Below are positions 55,646-64,000 of a stretch of DNA of 64,000 bases, piece after piece. The position numbers and the translations under genes were made by a program. The notes beneath the pieces were generated by a model that was not told the origin of the DNA, made no database searches, and was given only the letters and a program-made list of their open reading frames with translations. Position 1 is the stretch's first letter, and each line of letters begins with the position of its first letter. Source of the stretch: Muribaculaceae bacterium (GTDB lineage Bacteria; Bacteroidota; Bacteroidia; Bacteroidales; Muribaculaceae). Location: NCBI GenBank assembly GCA_036661515.1, contig JAVWYO010000001.1:8691-72690 (forward strand), in the 5' to 3' direction.

Positions 55646-57513
55646 TATTGTTCCTTTTCTGATAATTCAAGCCATCTGAGCTCCTTTTCATCAATAAGCG
55701 CAATGATTTCACTTATACGTATTGACTTTTCTGTAATATTAGGAATATCTGTTCGTCCACTATTGAATAACTCTTCAATCTCGGATTTCTCAAGTTCAAG
55801 CGATTTCAAATCAACTGCCAATGTTTCAAGTTCTTTTCGTTCTTTAAACGATAATTTATTGACAGTTTTAGTTTGTATAGTCTTTGCCTTTTCAATAGAT
55901 TGAGTTTTTTGCTTTTCTATTTCAGCAATTTCTTTATCTTTCAATGTACGCCACTCTCTAAAGTCGGAATAATTTCCAGGAAAATCTTTTATTTTGCCAT
56001 CACCTTCAAATACAAATAGGTGATCTACTGTTTTGTCCATAAAGAAGCGGTCATGCGAAATAATTATTACACACCCTTTAAATTTTTCGATATAATCTTC
56101 AAGAATTTCAAGTGTTATAATATCCAAATCATTTGTAGGCTCATCTAAGATTAGAAAATTAGGCTTGCGCATGAGTATTGTTGCTAAGTATAATCTTCGT
56201 TTCTCTCCACCACTAAGTTTTGAGATATATTTTTGTTGATCTGATGGTGAAAATAGAAAAAGTTGAAGAAATTGTGATGCTGTATATCGTGTCTTTTCAT
56301 CAAATACAATAACTTCAGCAATATCCTGCATCATGTCGAGAACTTTTTTTGACTCATCGAATTGTAGTCCATCTTGGCTATAATAGCCAAAACTAACAGT
56401 CTCCCCAATATCAAAGGCTCCATTATCAGGTTCAACGTCACCCAATAATAACTTTATAAAAGTAGATTTTCCAACGCCGTTATTTCCTACAATTCCGAGC
56501 TTTTCATATCGTGCAAAAATATAATTAAAATCATCAAGAATAATCTTTGAGTCAAATTTCTTTGAAATATGCTTTGCTTCAAATATTTTTGAGCCAATGT
56601 ATGATGATTTGATGCTAAGTTCTACCGAAGAATCATCACGTGATACTTTCGACTTCTTTTCAAGATCATAGAAAGCATCAATTCTATATTTTGCCTTTGT
56701 TGCTCGTGCCTGTGGCTGACGACGCATCCAATCAAGCTCTGTTCTCAATAAATTTTTAGCCTTAGACACCTCAGCATTTTGAGCATCAATTCGTTCAGCT
56801 CTTTTCTCGATGTAATAATTATAATTACCAGCATAGCTATAAATCAATTGTTGGTCAATCTCTATGATTTTATTACACACATTATCTAAGAAGTAACGAT
56901 CATGTGTAACCATTAGCAATGTTATGCGATTGCGAGAAAGATAACCCTCCAACCATTCTATCATATCAATATCAAGGTGATTTGTAGGCTCATCAAGAAT
57001 AAGGAACTCAGGTTTATTTATAAGGACTCGCGCAAGTGCCACACGCTTAACCTGCCCCCCTGATAATTGCTTAATAGGCTGATTATAATCTGAAATTTTT
57101 AATTGAGAGAGTATTTGTTTAAATCGATCCTCATAATCCCATGCGTCGGCAGAATCCATTAGCGGAATAAGATCCGTGATATCTTCATTATTTGCCAATG
57201 CCTTTTCGTAGCGACGAAGTATTTGCGAAGCCTCGTCGTCAGAATATAGACATGTTTCAATAACACTGAGATTAATATCAAAATTAGGAAGCTGCTCAAG
57301 ATATCCAATACGTAAATCATTGCGAAAAACTACATTTCCTGAATCATGTGATTCACTTCCTGCTATAATTCGGAGTAAGGTTGTCTTTCCTGTTCCATTT
57401 TTTGCAATAAGACCTATCTTATCGCCTTCAAAAACGCCAAATGTAATACTATCTAAAAGGACTTTATCGCCAAACGATTTCGTGAGATTTTCAACTTGAA
57501 GGAAACTTGCCAT
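55645..57513 (-). CDS. ABC-F family ATPase (Uup-like)
   Basis: 622 aa with two cassettes (AKNGTGKTT and GNNGVGKST; LSGGQVKR and LSGGEKRR) and a C-terminal coiled coil. Confidence 0.9.
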   Translation of the reverse strand: MASFLQVENLTKSFGDKVLLDSITFGVFEGDKIGLIAKNGTGKTTLLRIIAGSESHDSGNVVFRNDLRIGYLEQLPNFDINLSVIETCLYSDDEASQILRRYEKALANNEDITDLIPLMDSADAWDYEDRFKQILSQLKISDYNQPIKQLSGGQVKRVALARVLINKPEFLILDEPTNHLDIDMIEWLEGYLSRNRITLLMVTHDRYFLDNVCNKIIEIDQQLIYSYAGNYNYYIEKRAERIDAQNAEVSKAKNLLRTELDWMRRQPQARATKAKYRIDAFYDLEKKSKVSRDDSSVELSIKSSYIGSKIFEAKHISKKFDSKIILDDFNYIFARYEKLGIVGNNGVGKSTFIKLLLGDVEPDNGAFDIGETVSFGYYSQDGLQFDESKKVLDMMQDIAEVIVFDEKTRYTASQFLQLFLFSPSDQQKYISKLSGGEKRRLYLATILMRKPNFLILDEPTNDLDIITLEILEDYIEKFKGCVIIISHDRFFMDKTVDHLFVFEGDGKIKDFPGNYSDFREWRTLKDKEIAEIEKQKTQSIEKAKTIQTKTVNKLSFKERKELETLAVDLKSLELEKSEIEELFNSGRTDIPNITEKSIRISEIIALIDEKELRWLELSEKEQ

Positions 57514-57545
57514 TAATTTAAATTTATTTTTATGCCGTATGAATG

Positions 57546-57553
57546 CAAAGATA
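57546..57553 (-). promoter_or_regulatory. -7 box for the Uup-like ABC-F gene
   Basis: Minus-strand TATCTTTG, 32 nt upstream of the ATG. Confidence 0.45.
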
Positions 57554-57581
57554 CGAAATACTTCGAGAAATAGTCTTCAAG

Positions 57582-58838
57582 CTATTCAAATCGAATAGAG
57601 GCCGAAGGCTTTATAGTAGAAATAATATATGATGGTAATAATAGCGTAATATACGCAATTATTATAATTCCAATATTTAGGATAACAATATATAGCCAAT
57701 TAATATCAATCGGGACAAAAGACATATAATAAGCTTCTGGATTTAACTTTATTAGATGAAAAAACTTTTGAGCCATTGCCAACGACAATCCTATTGTGTT
57801 TCCTATGATAATTGCACGTAATATTAGTTTTTGAGTAAGCAGTATGAAAATATTTCTTATTGAACTATTGCATGCTCCAAGTGCCTTTAAAACGCCAATC
57901 ATATTTATTCTTTTCAATACAATGATAAGCAACCCAGCTATAAGTGTAAAATTAGATACTGCAATCATTAGAATGAGTATAATAACAACATTCATATCAA
58001 GAAGATCCAGCCATGCAAAATAAGATATGTTTGTTTCCTTAGTATTAGTAACGTCATATATTATAGCATTATTTTGCTCTTTATAGTTTAACTTAATGAG
58101 CGTGGAAGAAATAGTATAGGCATTATCTTCAATATTTTTAAAATCCTTACATTTAATTCCAATATAAGAACCTTCATTAGGCAACCAACCATTGATTTGT
58201 TGCACTATTTTAATGTTCCCAAGAATGAAAGCATTATCAAAATCCTCAAAGTCGGTATTAAAAATGCCTACAATCTTTGAGTTACGAACTTTCACTTTTT
58301 CATCAATAAAATAGGTAAGAATCTTATCACCGATTTTCAAATTTAACTGCTTTGCTATTGATTGTGATAGGACTATTTCTGAAATGGGGGCATCATCTGA
58401 ATTATTAGGAACTCGACCTTCAATAATACTTTTATTGATATAGTTCCAATCATAATTTTTATCTACTCCTCTAAATACAATACCTTTAAAATCTTTGTCC
58501 GTTTTTATAATCGCTGGTTTTTCTGCAATAAGTTCAAGCGATTTAATAAATGACAGGGAGTCACATAGCTCCTTACATAAAACATCTTTATTAACTTTAG
58601 TATTATTTGTTGATTGTGAAAAAGAACTATTTGATATTTTTATGTGAGAGTCAAGATCATATATTTTATTAGCTATCTCATTTTTAAAACCACACACTAT
58701 TGTTATCGATAATATCATTATAACAATAGCAAGAACTATTCCAAGCACTGCAATATTTAATATGGGAGTAGATGAAGTTATATTATTTTCATCGGCTCCC
58801 AATTTTAATTTTCGTGCTATAAATAGTTCAAATTTCAT
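57582..58838 (-). CDS. FtsX-like ABC transporter permease (LolC/E-like)
   Basis: 418 aa with TM1, a large periplasmic loop and three C-terminal TMs (FtsX domain). Confidence 0.85.
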   Translation of the reverse strand: MKFELFIARKLKLGADENNITSSTPILNIAVLGIVLAIVIMILSITIVCGFKNEIANKIYDLDSHIKISNSSFSQSTNNTKVNKDVLCKELCDSLSFIKSLELIAEKPAIIKTDKDFKGIVFRGVDKNYDWNYINKSIIEGRVPNNSDDAPISEIVLSQSIAKQLNLKIGDKILTYFIDEKVKVRNSKIVGIFNTDFEDFDNAFILGNIKIVQQINGWLPNEGSYIGIKCKDFKNIEDNAYTISSTLIKLNYKEQNNAIIYDVTNTKETNISYFAWLDLLDMNVVIILILMIAVSNFTLIAGLLIIVLKRINMIGVLKALGACNSSIRNIFILLTQKLILRAIIIGNTIGLSLAMAQKFFHLIKLNPEAYYMSFVPIDINWLYIVILNIGIIIIAYITLLLPSYIISTIKPSASIRFE

Positions 58839-60034
58839 ATAGTGCGACCCGGGTAGGACTCAAGAGCCTTAGCCAATACAATTAATGCTTTAGCAAGTTC
58901 TTCTTTCTTAATTACATACGCCATGCGTACTTCATTTTTGCCAAGTCCCTCTGTTGTATAAAATCCTGACGCTGGCGCCATAAAAATTGTTTGACCTTCA
59001 AATTGAAATTCTTTTAAACACCATTCACAGAAAATATCAGCATCATCAACTGGCAATTTTGCGACGGTATAAAATGCACCCATAGGAATAGGGGAGTAGC
59101 ATCCGGGAATTTTATTTATTCCATCGATAAGGAAATTACGACGCTCTACATATTCATTATATGTATCAAGCATATAATCTGGTGTAGCATCAATAGATGC
59201 TTCAGCAACAATTTGCCCTAATAAAGGTGGACTTAATCTTGCTTGACAAAATTTCATCACATTCTTCTTAAGCTCTTTATGCTTTGTTATAATTGCGCCT
59301 ATTCTTATTCCACATTCGCTATAACGCTTCGATACAGAGTCTATAAGAACAACTTGCTCCTCAATACCTGGAAGATGGAAAGCTGAAATATATGGAGCTC
59401 CTGTATAGCAAAATTCTCGATACACCTCATCAGAGAATAAAAATAAATCATATTTTTTAACGATGTCACGCAACTGATTCATCTCTTTTTGAGTGTAAAG
59501 ATAGCCAGTAGGATTATTTGGGTTACATATAAGAATGCCCTTAGTCTTAGGTGTAATTAACTTTTCAAATTTTTCTATAGGCGGTAGTGCAAATCCCTCA
59601 TCAATAGAAGATGGTATAGTCTTTATTACAGCTCCTGCCGAGATAGCAAATGCCATATAATTGGCATAAGCAGGTTCTGGGACTATAATCTCGTCGCCTG
59701 GATCAAGACAAGCCATAAAGGCAAACAGTACAGCTTCAGAGCCTCCTGTTGTGATGATAATATCATCAACATCAACATTGATATTAAATCTACTATAATA
59801 AGTTACCAACTTTTGACGCAATGATTTTAGACCATCTGAAGGACTATATTCTAAAACAGTTCTATCTATATGCTTCAATGCTTCGAGAGCATTTGGTGGC
59901 GTAGGAAGGTCGGGCTGACCTATATTTAGATGATAAACCTTAACGCCTCTTTCTTTTGCAGCATTTGATAATGGGACCAATTTCCGTATTGGCGAAGCAG
60001 GCATTATAATACCTCTCTGGGATATATTTGGCAT
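58835..60034 (-). CDS. PLP-dependent (class I/II, AspC-like) aminotransferase
   Basis: The ATG at 60034 (MPNISQRGIIMPASPIRKL) is preferred over the track start 60103. The PLP lysine motif SVSKRYSECGIRIG is present. Confidence 0.9.
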   Translation of the reverse strand: MPNISQRGIIMPASPIRKLVPLSNAAKERGVKVYHLNIGQPDLPTPPNALEALKHIDRTVLEYSPSDGLKSLRQKLVTYYSRFNINVDVDDIIITTGGSEAVLFAFMACLDPGDEIIVPEPAYANYMAFAISAGAVIKTIPSSIDEGFALPPIEKFEKLITPKTKGILICNPNNPTGYLYTQKEMNQLRDIVKKYDLFLFSDEVYREFCYTGAPYISAFHLPGIEEQVVLIDSVSKRYSECGIRIGAIITKHKELKKNVMKFCQARLSPPLLGQIVAEASIDATPDYMLDTYNEYVERRNFLIDGINKIPGCYSPIPMGAFYTVAKLPVDDADIFCEWCLKEFQFEGQTIFMAPASGFYTTEGLGKNEVRMAYVIKKEELAKALIVLAKALESYPGRTI

Positions 60035-60061
60035 TCTTAGTTCTTTATAATTAATTTGATA

Positions 60062-60069
60062 CAAAAATA
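60062..60069 (-). promoter_or_regulatory. -7 box for the aminotransferase-ftsX-like unit
   Basis: Minus-strand TATTTTTG, 27 nt upstream of ATG 60034. This supports the shorter start. Confidence 0.45.
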
Positions 60070-60171
60070 AGCATAAATGAGGAGATAACACATAAGTAGT
60101 CAAAAATAATTATTTTATCAACCCACATATAATCTCATAGATATGTTTATAGCATGTATCTAATAGAAAAT

Positions 60172-60408
60172 TTACAAATCATCATCTTCACTTAGGCTAT
60201 CCCATATCGATTCTTGATTTTCTATAAGCTCTTCAATATATTCTGCATATCCAGTTTTTATTGAATATCCAAGATCATCACACCATTCTTTATAAGATGA
60301 TTTTAACCCCTCATCTTCATGCATCATTTTTATAAATTCACTTTCTGCAATGTCAGCACTCTTGTAGTGCTCTAATAATTGTTGCAAAAATTCAGATATA
60401 TTGGTCAT
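60172..60408 (-). CDS. acidic hypothetical protein, 78 aa
   Basis: ATG ORF with 21 D/E versus 5 K/R by my count. A CAAATATA (minus-strand TATATTTG) box lies 30 nt upstream. Confidence 0.5.
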   Translation of the reverse strand: MTNISEFLQQLLEHYKSADIAESEFIKMMHEDEGLKSSYKEWCDDLGYSIKTGYAEYIEELIENQESIWDSLSEDDDL

Positions 60409-60438
60409 ATTAGTCAGATTTTACAGGTTATTCCTCCC

Positions 60439-60446
60439 CAAATATA
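60439..60446 (-). promoter_or_regulatory. -7 box for the 78-aa acidic ORF
   Basis: Minus-strand TATATTTG, 30 nt upstream of the ATG. Confidence 0.4.
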
Positions 60447-60569
60447 ACAATTTATTTGATAATAAGATGTGTAAGTACGCAAAATTTTGATAGTAATATA
60501 AAAGAATTACAGATAAACATTTTTTAATTGCTAAGCGTTAAATAGATAATAAATTTAATAACTCATATT

Positions 60570-61163
60570 ATGAAAAAAATCTTTTATTTGTTTGTCATTG
60601 CATTGCTATTTGCAAGTTGTAGCCCGTTTTCTCTCATTAATAGCACGGTTTATAATAATGCCGATTTAAGTACTTACAATACTTTTAGAATAGTAAGTCT
60701 TAATGATGGGAAATTGCCTCCTGGAATGGGACTTGTTGGATATTATAATATCTCTGCTGCAATTCGGGAGCAGATGCTTAATCGTGGATTTACTGAAAAT
60801 CCTAATTCTGATTTATTGGTAAATATTGCTTTAACGGTTCAACAACAAATCGATACAGAACCTATAATTCCTCCAGGATATTCTCTATATAATGGATATT
60901 ATCCTTATTACATGTATCCTCGTAACCTTTACTGGCAAGGCTATTATTCTAATGCAAAAGTAATAACAGATATTTATAAAGAGGGCGTTCTTACTATGGA
61001 AATGGTAAATATTGCAGAAAAGCTACCGTTGTATTCTTCGTCGGTATCAACAATTCTCAATCCTGGACAAGCTCAATTAAAAAATTTAAATGAGATTGCT
61101 GATGCAGTAAAGATACTATTCTCACAATTTCCTGTTCCTTTATTGCCTCAATATAAAAAATAG
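60570..61163 (+). CDS. lipoprotein, 197 aa (DUF4136-like; name from memory)
   Basis: It has a lipobox (LFASC) and a Y/P-rich central segment. Confidence 0.65.
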   Translation: MKKIFYLFVIALLFASCSPFSLINSTVYNNADLSTYNTFRIVSLNDGKLPPGMGLVGYYNISAAIREQMLNRGFTENPNSDLLVNIALTVQQQIDTEPIIPPGYSLYNGYYPYYMYPRNLYWQGYYSNAKVITDIYKEGVLTMEMVNIAEKLPLYSSSVSTILNPGQAQLKNLNEIADAVKILFSQFPVPLLPQYKK

Positions 61164-61218
61164 TGAATAATTAGTGTTTATTCACGGAGCTGTGCATGTT
61201 AGTTGCACGTGTGGACAA

Positions 61219-61226
61219 TAACTTTG
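61219..61226 (+). promoter_or_regulatory. -7 box for the 76-aa ORF
   Basis: TAACTTTG, 36 nt upstream of ATG 61263. Confidence 0.4.
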
Positions 61227-61262
61227 TATCAGAAATTAATCCACACTTTAATACTAAAAGAT

Positions 61263-61493
61263 ATGAACAGCTCTATTGTTATTTCTGAAAATGTAATAAA
61301 TACTATTAGTTCACTACAGCCTGATGAACAAAAGGCAGTGTTTAATGCTTTTGCTTGTGATAAAATACTAAAAGTAAAACGAGACTTTGAATTATCACCA
61401 CTTCAAGAGATATTATATGCAATAGTATGTGACTATATCAAACGAGATTCACTAAGATATTCTAATTCTATACGAGAACAAACTATGGCATAA
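61263..61493 (+). CDS. hypothetical protein, 76 aa
   Basis: The track start 61203 is a TTG upstream of a TAACTTTG box (61219-61226). The ATG at 61263 lies 36 nt after that box, and a terminator hairpin follows at 61555-61588. Confidence 0.4.
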   Translation: MNSSIVISENVINTISSLQPDEQKAVFNAFACDKILKVKRDFELSPLQEILYAIVCDYIKRDSLRYSNSIREQTMA

Positions 61494-61554
61494 TTATTTC
61501 GTGATATAATATATTGTCCGAAAAAATTACTTGAAAAAACACACATTTTTCGTT

Positions 61555-61588
61555 CAAAGCTCCAATTTATGTTGGGGCTTTGATTTTT
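61555..61588 (+). terminator. rho-independent terminator after the 76-aa ORF
   Basis: CAAAGCTCCAA-TTTATG-TTGGGGCTTTG followed by ATTTTT. Confidence 0.6.
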
Positions 61589-61614
61589 AAATTTGAATAT
61601 TGGTTTTTTTATAA

Positions 61615-61622
61615 TACTTTTG
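61615..61622 (+). promoter_or_regulatory. -7 box for the DUF4836-like lipoprotein gene
   Basis: TACTTTTG, 36 nt upstream of the ATG. Confidence 0.45.
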
Positions 61623-61658
61623 GAGTCAGAATACTAATCATTACATAAAATTTAAGTT

Positions 61659-63200
61659 ATGAAAAAAATCAATCTCCTATTTGTAATACTATTATCGTTG
61701 ATTATTACCTCTTGTTCATCAGATGATAAAGATATTCTTTCTTTAATTCCTGAAGATGCGACGGCTGTTGTTGGAATTAATGTCAAATCATTAATAAAAA
61801 AGTCTGGAATCTCTTTGAATAATGATGGAAGTTTAAAAATTCCAGATTCATTCAAATCGATATTACAAGATAATAAAAATGACTATGAATTTTTTAAAGA
61901 ATTGCCCAATAGTGGTATTGACTTTGATAATAACGCTTTTATGTTTTGTACAAGTACCGACTTTGATTTTGCATTGCTTATTAGATTAAAAGACAGTGAA
62001 AATTTTGAAAAATTCCTATCAAAATATGCTAAAGAGCTTATCAAAGTAAACAGTGATTATAAATATTATGTTGCAAATAGTCGCATCATAATGTTTTCAC
62101 AAAAGACACTCCTTATTGCTTATAAAAATAATAATACTGGAAATGACGATCTCATAGAAAAGGGAATTAGCGTTTTTAAAGCCAAAACTAAGAATTTTAC
62201 CAATAATAAAGATGCAATATCATTTCTCGACAACTCAGATGATATGTTGGCATACATTAATTATAAAAAATTAGGTAGCAACTTACAATATCTCTTGCAA
62301 GATAAGGGGTCTATCGGTCAAATCCAAATGGCTCAAGAGCTTTTTGGTAGCATAGATGCAGCTACATTTCGATTAAATTTCAATAAAGATAATGTTTCGG
62401 TAAATGGTGAATGTAAGACACAGAAAAATTCAGAGTATATAACTATATGCGAAAAAATCATAGATAAACCATCTTCAGAATTTTTAAAACTATATCCTGC
62501 AAATATTGATAATATAATGTCTATTTCAATCAATGGGAAAGGACTAATGGAAATAGAAGAGCTAAAAAACATCATTGGCAAGTTAGCAGCAAACCCTTTA
62601 ATTCCAATAAATGATATTGTAACTGTGATTGAAAATATTAATGGACCTATCTCTTTTGGGTCAAAGATGTCGCAAGATATTAATACATCGGGTTATATGT
62701 TGAGCGTTAAAACTAAAGATGCTAATCATTTAATATCAACACTAAAGAATGCTTTATCATTGTTTGGAATACCATTGACAAAGAATGGAACAGCATACTC
62801 TTGCGTATTTGATGAAATGAAAATCACGATGGGCGAGCAAGATGGATATGTGTATTTAAAATCAAATTTTGACGTAACAAGTACTGATGTCGCATATTCT
62901 AATGATGTTCTTCGCAATTTATACTCTAAATCCAGTGGTGGTATGTATTTTAATTTAGAATCTGGTGCTAAGTTAATGCTCGGTAATAATGACTATAAAG
63001 GATATATTACGTCAGGAATGACATCGCCAAAGGATTTTGATGCGATGTTAATGATAACAGAACCTAAATCAACTAATTCATTACAAACAATTTTGGAGCT
63101 GTCCTTTAAAGCCGATTCCATTGGCAATGCAAAAACAATAGATAATCCAGATATAGATATTATGGCAGAACCTATTGATAAGATGGAGCCTGTGGAATAG
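61659..63200 (+). CDS. lipoprotein, 513 aa (DUF4836-like; name from memory)
   Basis: It has a lipobox (IITSC), its own promoter box and a strong terminator. Confidence 0.7.
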   Translation: MKKINLLFVILLSLIITSCSSDDKDILSLIPEDATAVVGINVKSLIKKSGISLNNDGSLKIPDSFKSILQDNKNDYEFFKELPNSGIDFDNNAFMFCTSTDFDFALLIRLKDSENFEKFLSKYAKELIKVNSDYKYYVANSRIIMFSQKTLLIAYKNNNTGNDDLIEKGISVFKAKTKNFTNNKDAISFLDNSDDMLAYINYKKLGSNLQYLLQDKGSIGQIQMAQELFGSIDAATFRLNFNKDNVSVNGECKTQKNSEYITICEKIIDKPSSEFLKLYPANIDNIMSISINGKGLMEIEELKNIIGKLAANPLIPINDIVTVIENINGPISFGSKMSQDINTSGYMLSVKTKDANHLISTLKNALSLFGIPLTKNGTAYSCVFDEMKITMGEQDGYVYLKSNFDVTSTDVAYSNDVLRNLYSKSSGGMYFNLESGAKLMLGNNDYKGYITSGMTSPKDFDAMLMITEPKSTNSLQTILELSFKADSIGNAKTIDNPDIDIMAEPIDKMEPVE

Positions 63201-63223
63201 AAAGGTATTTAAGCATTTTCATA

Positions 63224-63258
63224 ATAGTTACACCTGCTTTTTAGGTGTAACTATTTTT
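63224..63258 (+). terminator. rho-independent terminator after the DUF4836-like gene
   Basis: Perfect 12-bp stem, ATAGTTACACCT-GCTTTTT-AGGTGTAACTAT, followed by TTTT. Confidence 0.7.
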
Positions 63259-63367
63259 CTATTGCCATATATATGCGTTAATTATGCTTAATAGGTGAGT
63301 GTATGGCTTGTTTTTGTGTCGCTCCTCACGTTTGTAACATACTTGTGCTCAATTATTTGGCATAGAA

Positions 63368-63394
63368 AAGGAGAGATATTTATTATCTCTCCTT
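63368..63394 (-). terminator. rho-independent terminator directly after tRNA-Gln
   Basis: On the minus strand, AAGGAGAGATA-ATAAA-TATCTCTCCTT followed by TTTCTAT. It starts 2 nt after the tRNA 3' end. Confidence 0.6.
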
Positions 63395-63395
63395 G

Positions 63396-63466
63396 TTGTC
63401 CAGGAAGGACTCGAACCCTCACTAGCGGAACCAGAATCCGAGGTGCTACCATTACACCACTGGACA
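63396..63466 (-). tRNA. tRNA-Gln (anticodon CTG), 71 nt, no encoded CCA
   Basis: I folded the reverse complement by hand: TGTCCAG TG GTGT AATGGTA GCAC C TCGGA TTCTGGT TCCGC TAGT GAGGG TTCGAGT CCTTC CTGGACA A. It has a 7-bp acceptor stem with the U1-A72 pair typical of bacterial tRNA-Gln, a GGTTCGAGTCC T-arm and the anticodon loop TT-CTG-GT. Confidence 0.85.
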
Positions 63467-63476
63467 AAATCGAGTG

Positions 63477-63484
63477 CAAAGTTA
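63477..63484 (-). promoter_or_regulatory. -7 box for tRNA-Gln
   Basis: Minus-strand TAACTTTG, 10 nt upstream of the mature tRNA 5' end. Confidence 0.5.
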
Positions 63485-63563
63485 CTAATTATTTTTAATG
63501 CTCAAAGTTATACTTTGTCAAAATATAACCAATATTTTATTCTTAACTGTAATCTTGTCAAAT

Positions 63564-64000
63564 TTAGTCATTTCGATAAATAGAGGGAAGGGATTGCTGA
63601 ATAGCTTTAAAGCTTTCTCTCATAACTATTTCGGTATTATGTCCATCGGTTGGTGGCATAATTGGCGAGTGAATTGTGAGTGTTATTTTTCCAGGCTTAA
63701 TGTTATATGTCGTACGTGGCATAACGTTAAACGAACCGTTAATTGTAAGAGGGACTATGGGGAGGTTGAAATCCACTGCTAACTTAAAGGCTCCACGCTT
63801 AAAATCACGCATTTTACCATTCCATGTACGTGCACCCTCAGGGAAAACTACTAATGACATGCCATTTTGAAGGCGTTCTTTAGCGTTTGTCATAGTCATC
63901 TTAATTGCTGTTGCAGATGAACGATCAACCATTATGTGGCCAGCTCTTTTGCACGCATATCCTACGAATGGAATTTTTTCTAAGCTTTTCTTCATCATCC
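63564..64000 (-). CDS. plsC: 1-acyl-sn-glycerol-3-phosphate acyltransferase, C-terminal part; the N-terminus lies off the right edge
   Basis: It carries FPEGARTWNG (acyltransferase motif III) and IVPLTINGS (motif IV). The HX4D motif is expected upstream, beyond 64000. Confidence 0.85.
   Translation of the reverse strand, partial: MMKKSLEKIPFVGYACKRAGHIMVDRSSATAIKMTMTNAKERLQNGMSLVVFPEGARTWNGKMRDFKRGAFKLAVDFNLPIVPLTINGSFNVMPRTTYNIKPGKITLTIHSPIMPPTDGHNTEIVMRESFKAIQQSLPSIYRND

Overview
This is a low-GC chromosomal core segment from a Bacteroidota, probably Bacteroidales-like, genome. I call 59 protein-coding genes. Two are cut by the window edges, and one of those, an M18 aminopeptidase at 1-767, is missing from the supplied ORF track. 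I also call one tRNA-Gln(CTG), 16 hairpin terminator candidates and 26 Bacteroidetes-type TAnnTTTG promoter boxes. The content is overwhelmingly housekeeping: nadD-gmk-yicC, tsaB, murA-rimM, proS, galE, tig, clpP-clpX, recQ, dnaN, coaBC, recN, rlmB, nusB, yajC, coaE, comEC, aroE, dnaA, class II RNR nrdJ, malQ, three ABC-F paralogues and plsC. I found no rRNA, CRISPR array, transposase, integrase, phage gene or recognisable defence or toxin gene. The only candidate for an undescribed system is a five-gene minus-strand cassette (12566-15048) wedged antiparallel between galE and tig. It encodes a Big_2 lipoprotein, a membrane-anchored 373-aa protein with a possible C-terminal HTH, two tandem tiny 2-TM paralogues and a 132-aa soluble orphan. 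I cannot assign it a function. The most unusual non-coding signal is a two-copy GC-rich element, CAAAAAAGGG-(TGCGTACnn)x3, at 16822-16858 and 21307-21341. Each copy lies 26-27 nt downstream of a TAnnTTTG-TAA promoter-like box, in the spacers before clpP and before an ABC-F gene. Other notes are a MurA with Asp at the fosfomycin-target Cys position, an identical 14-mer at two ABC-F promoters, a palindrome in the nrdJ leader, and a second poorly characterised lipoprotein block next to the tRNA. All family names come from reading the translations by eye, not from database searches.
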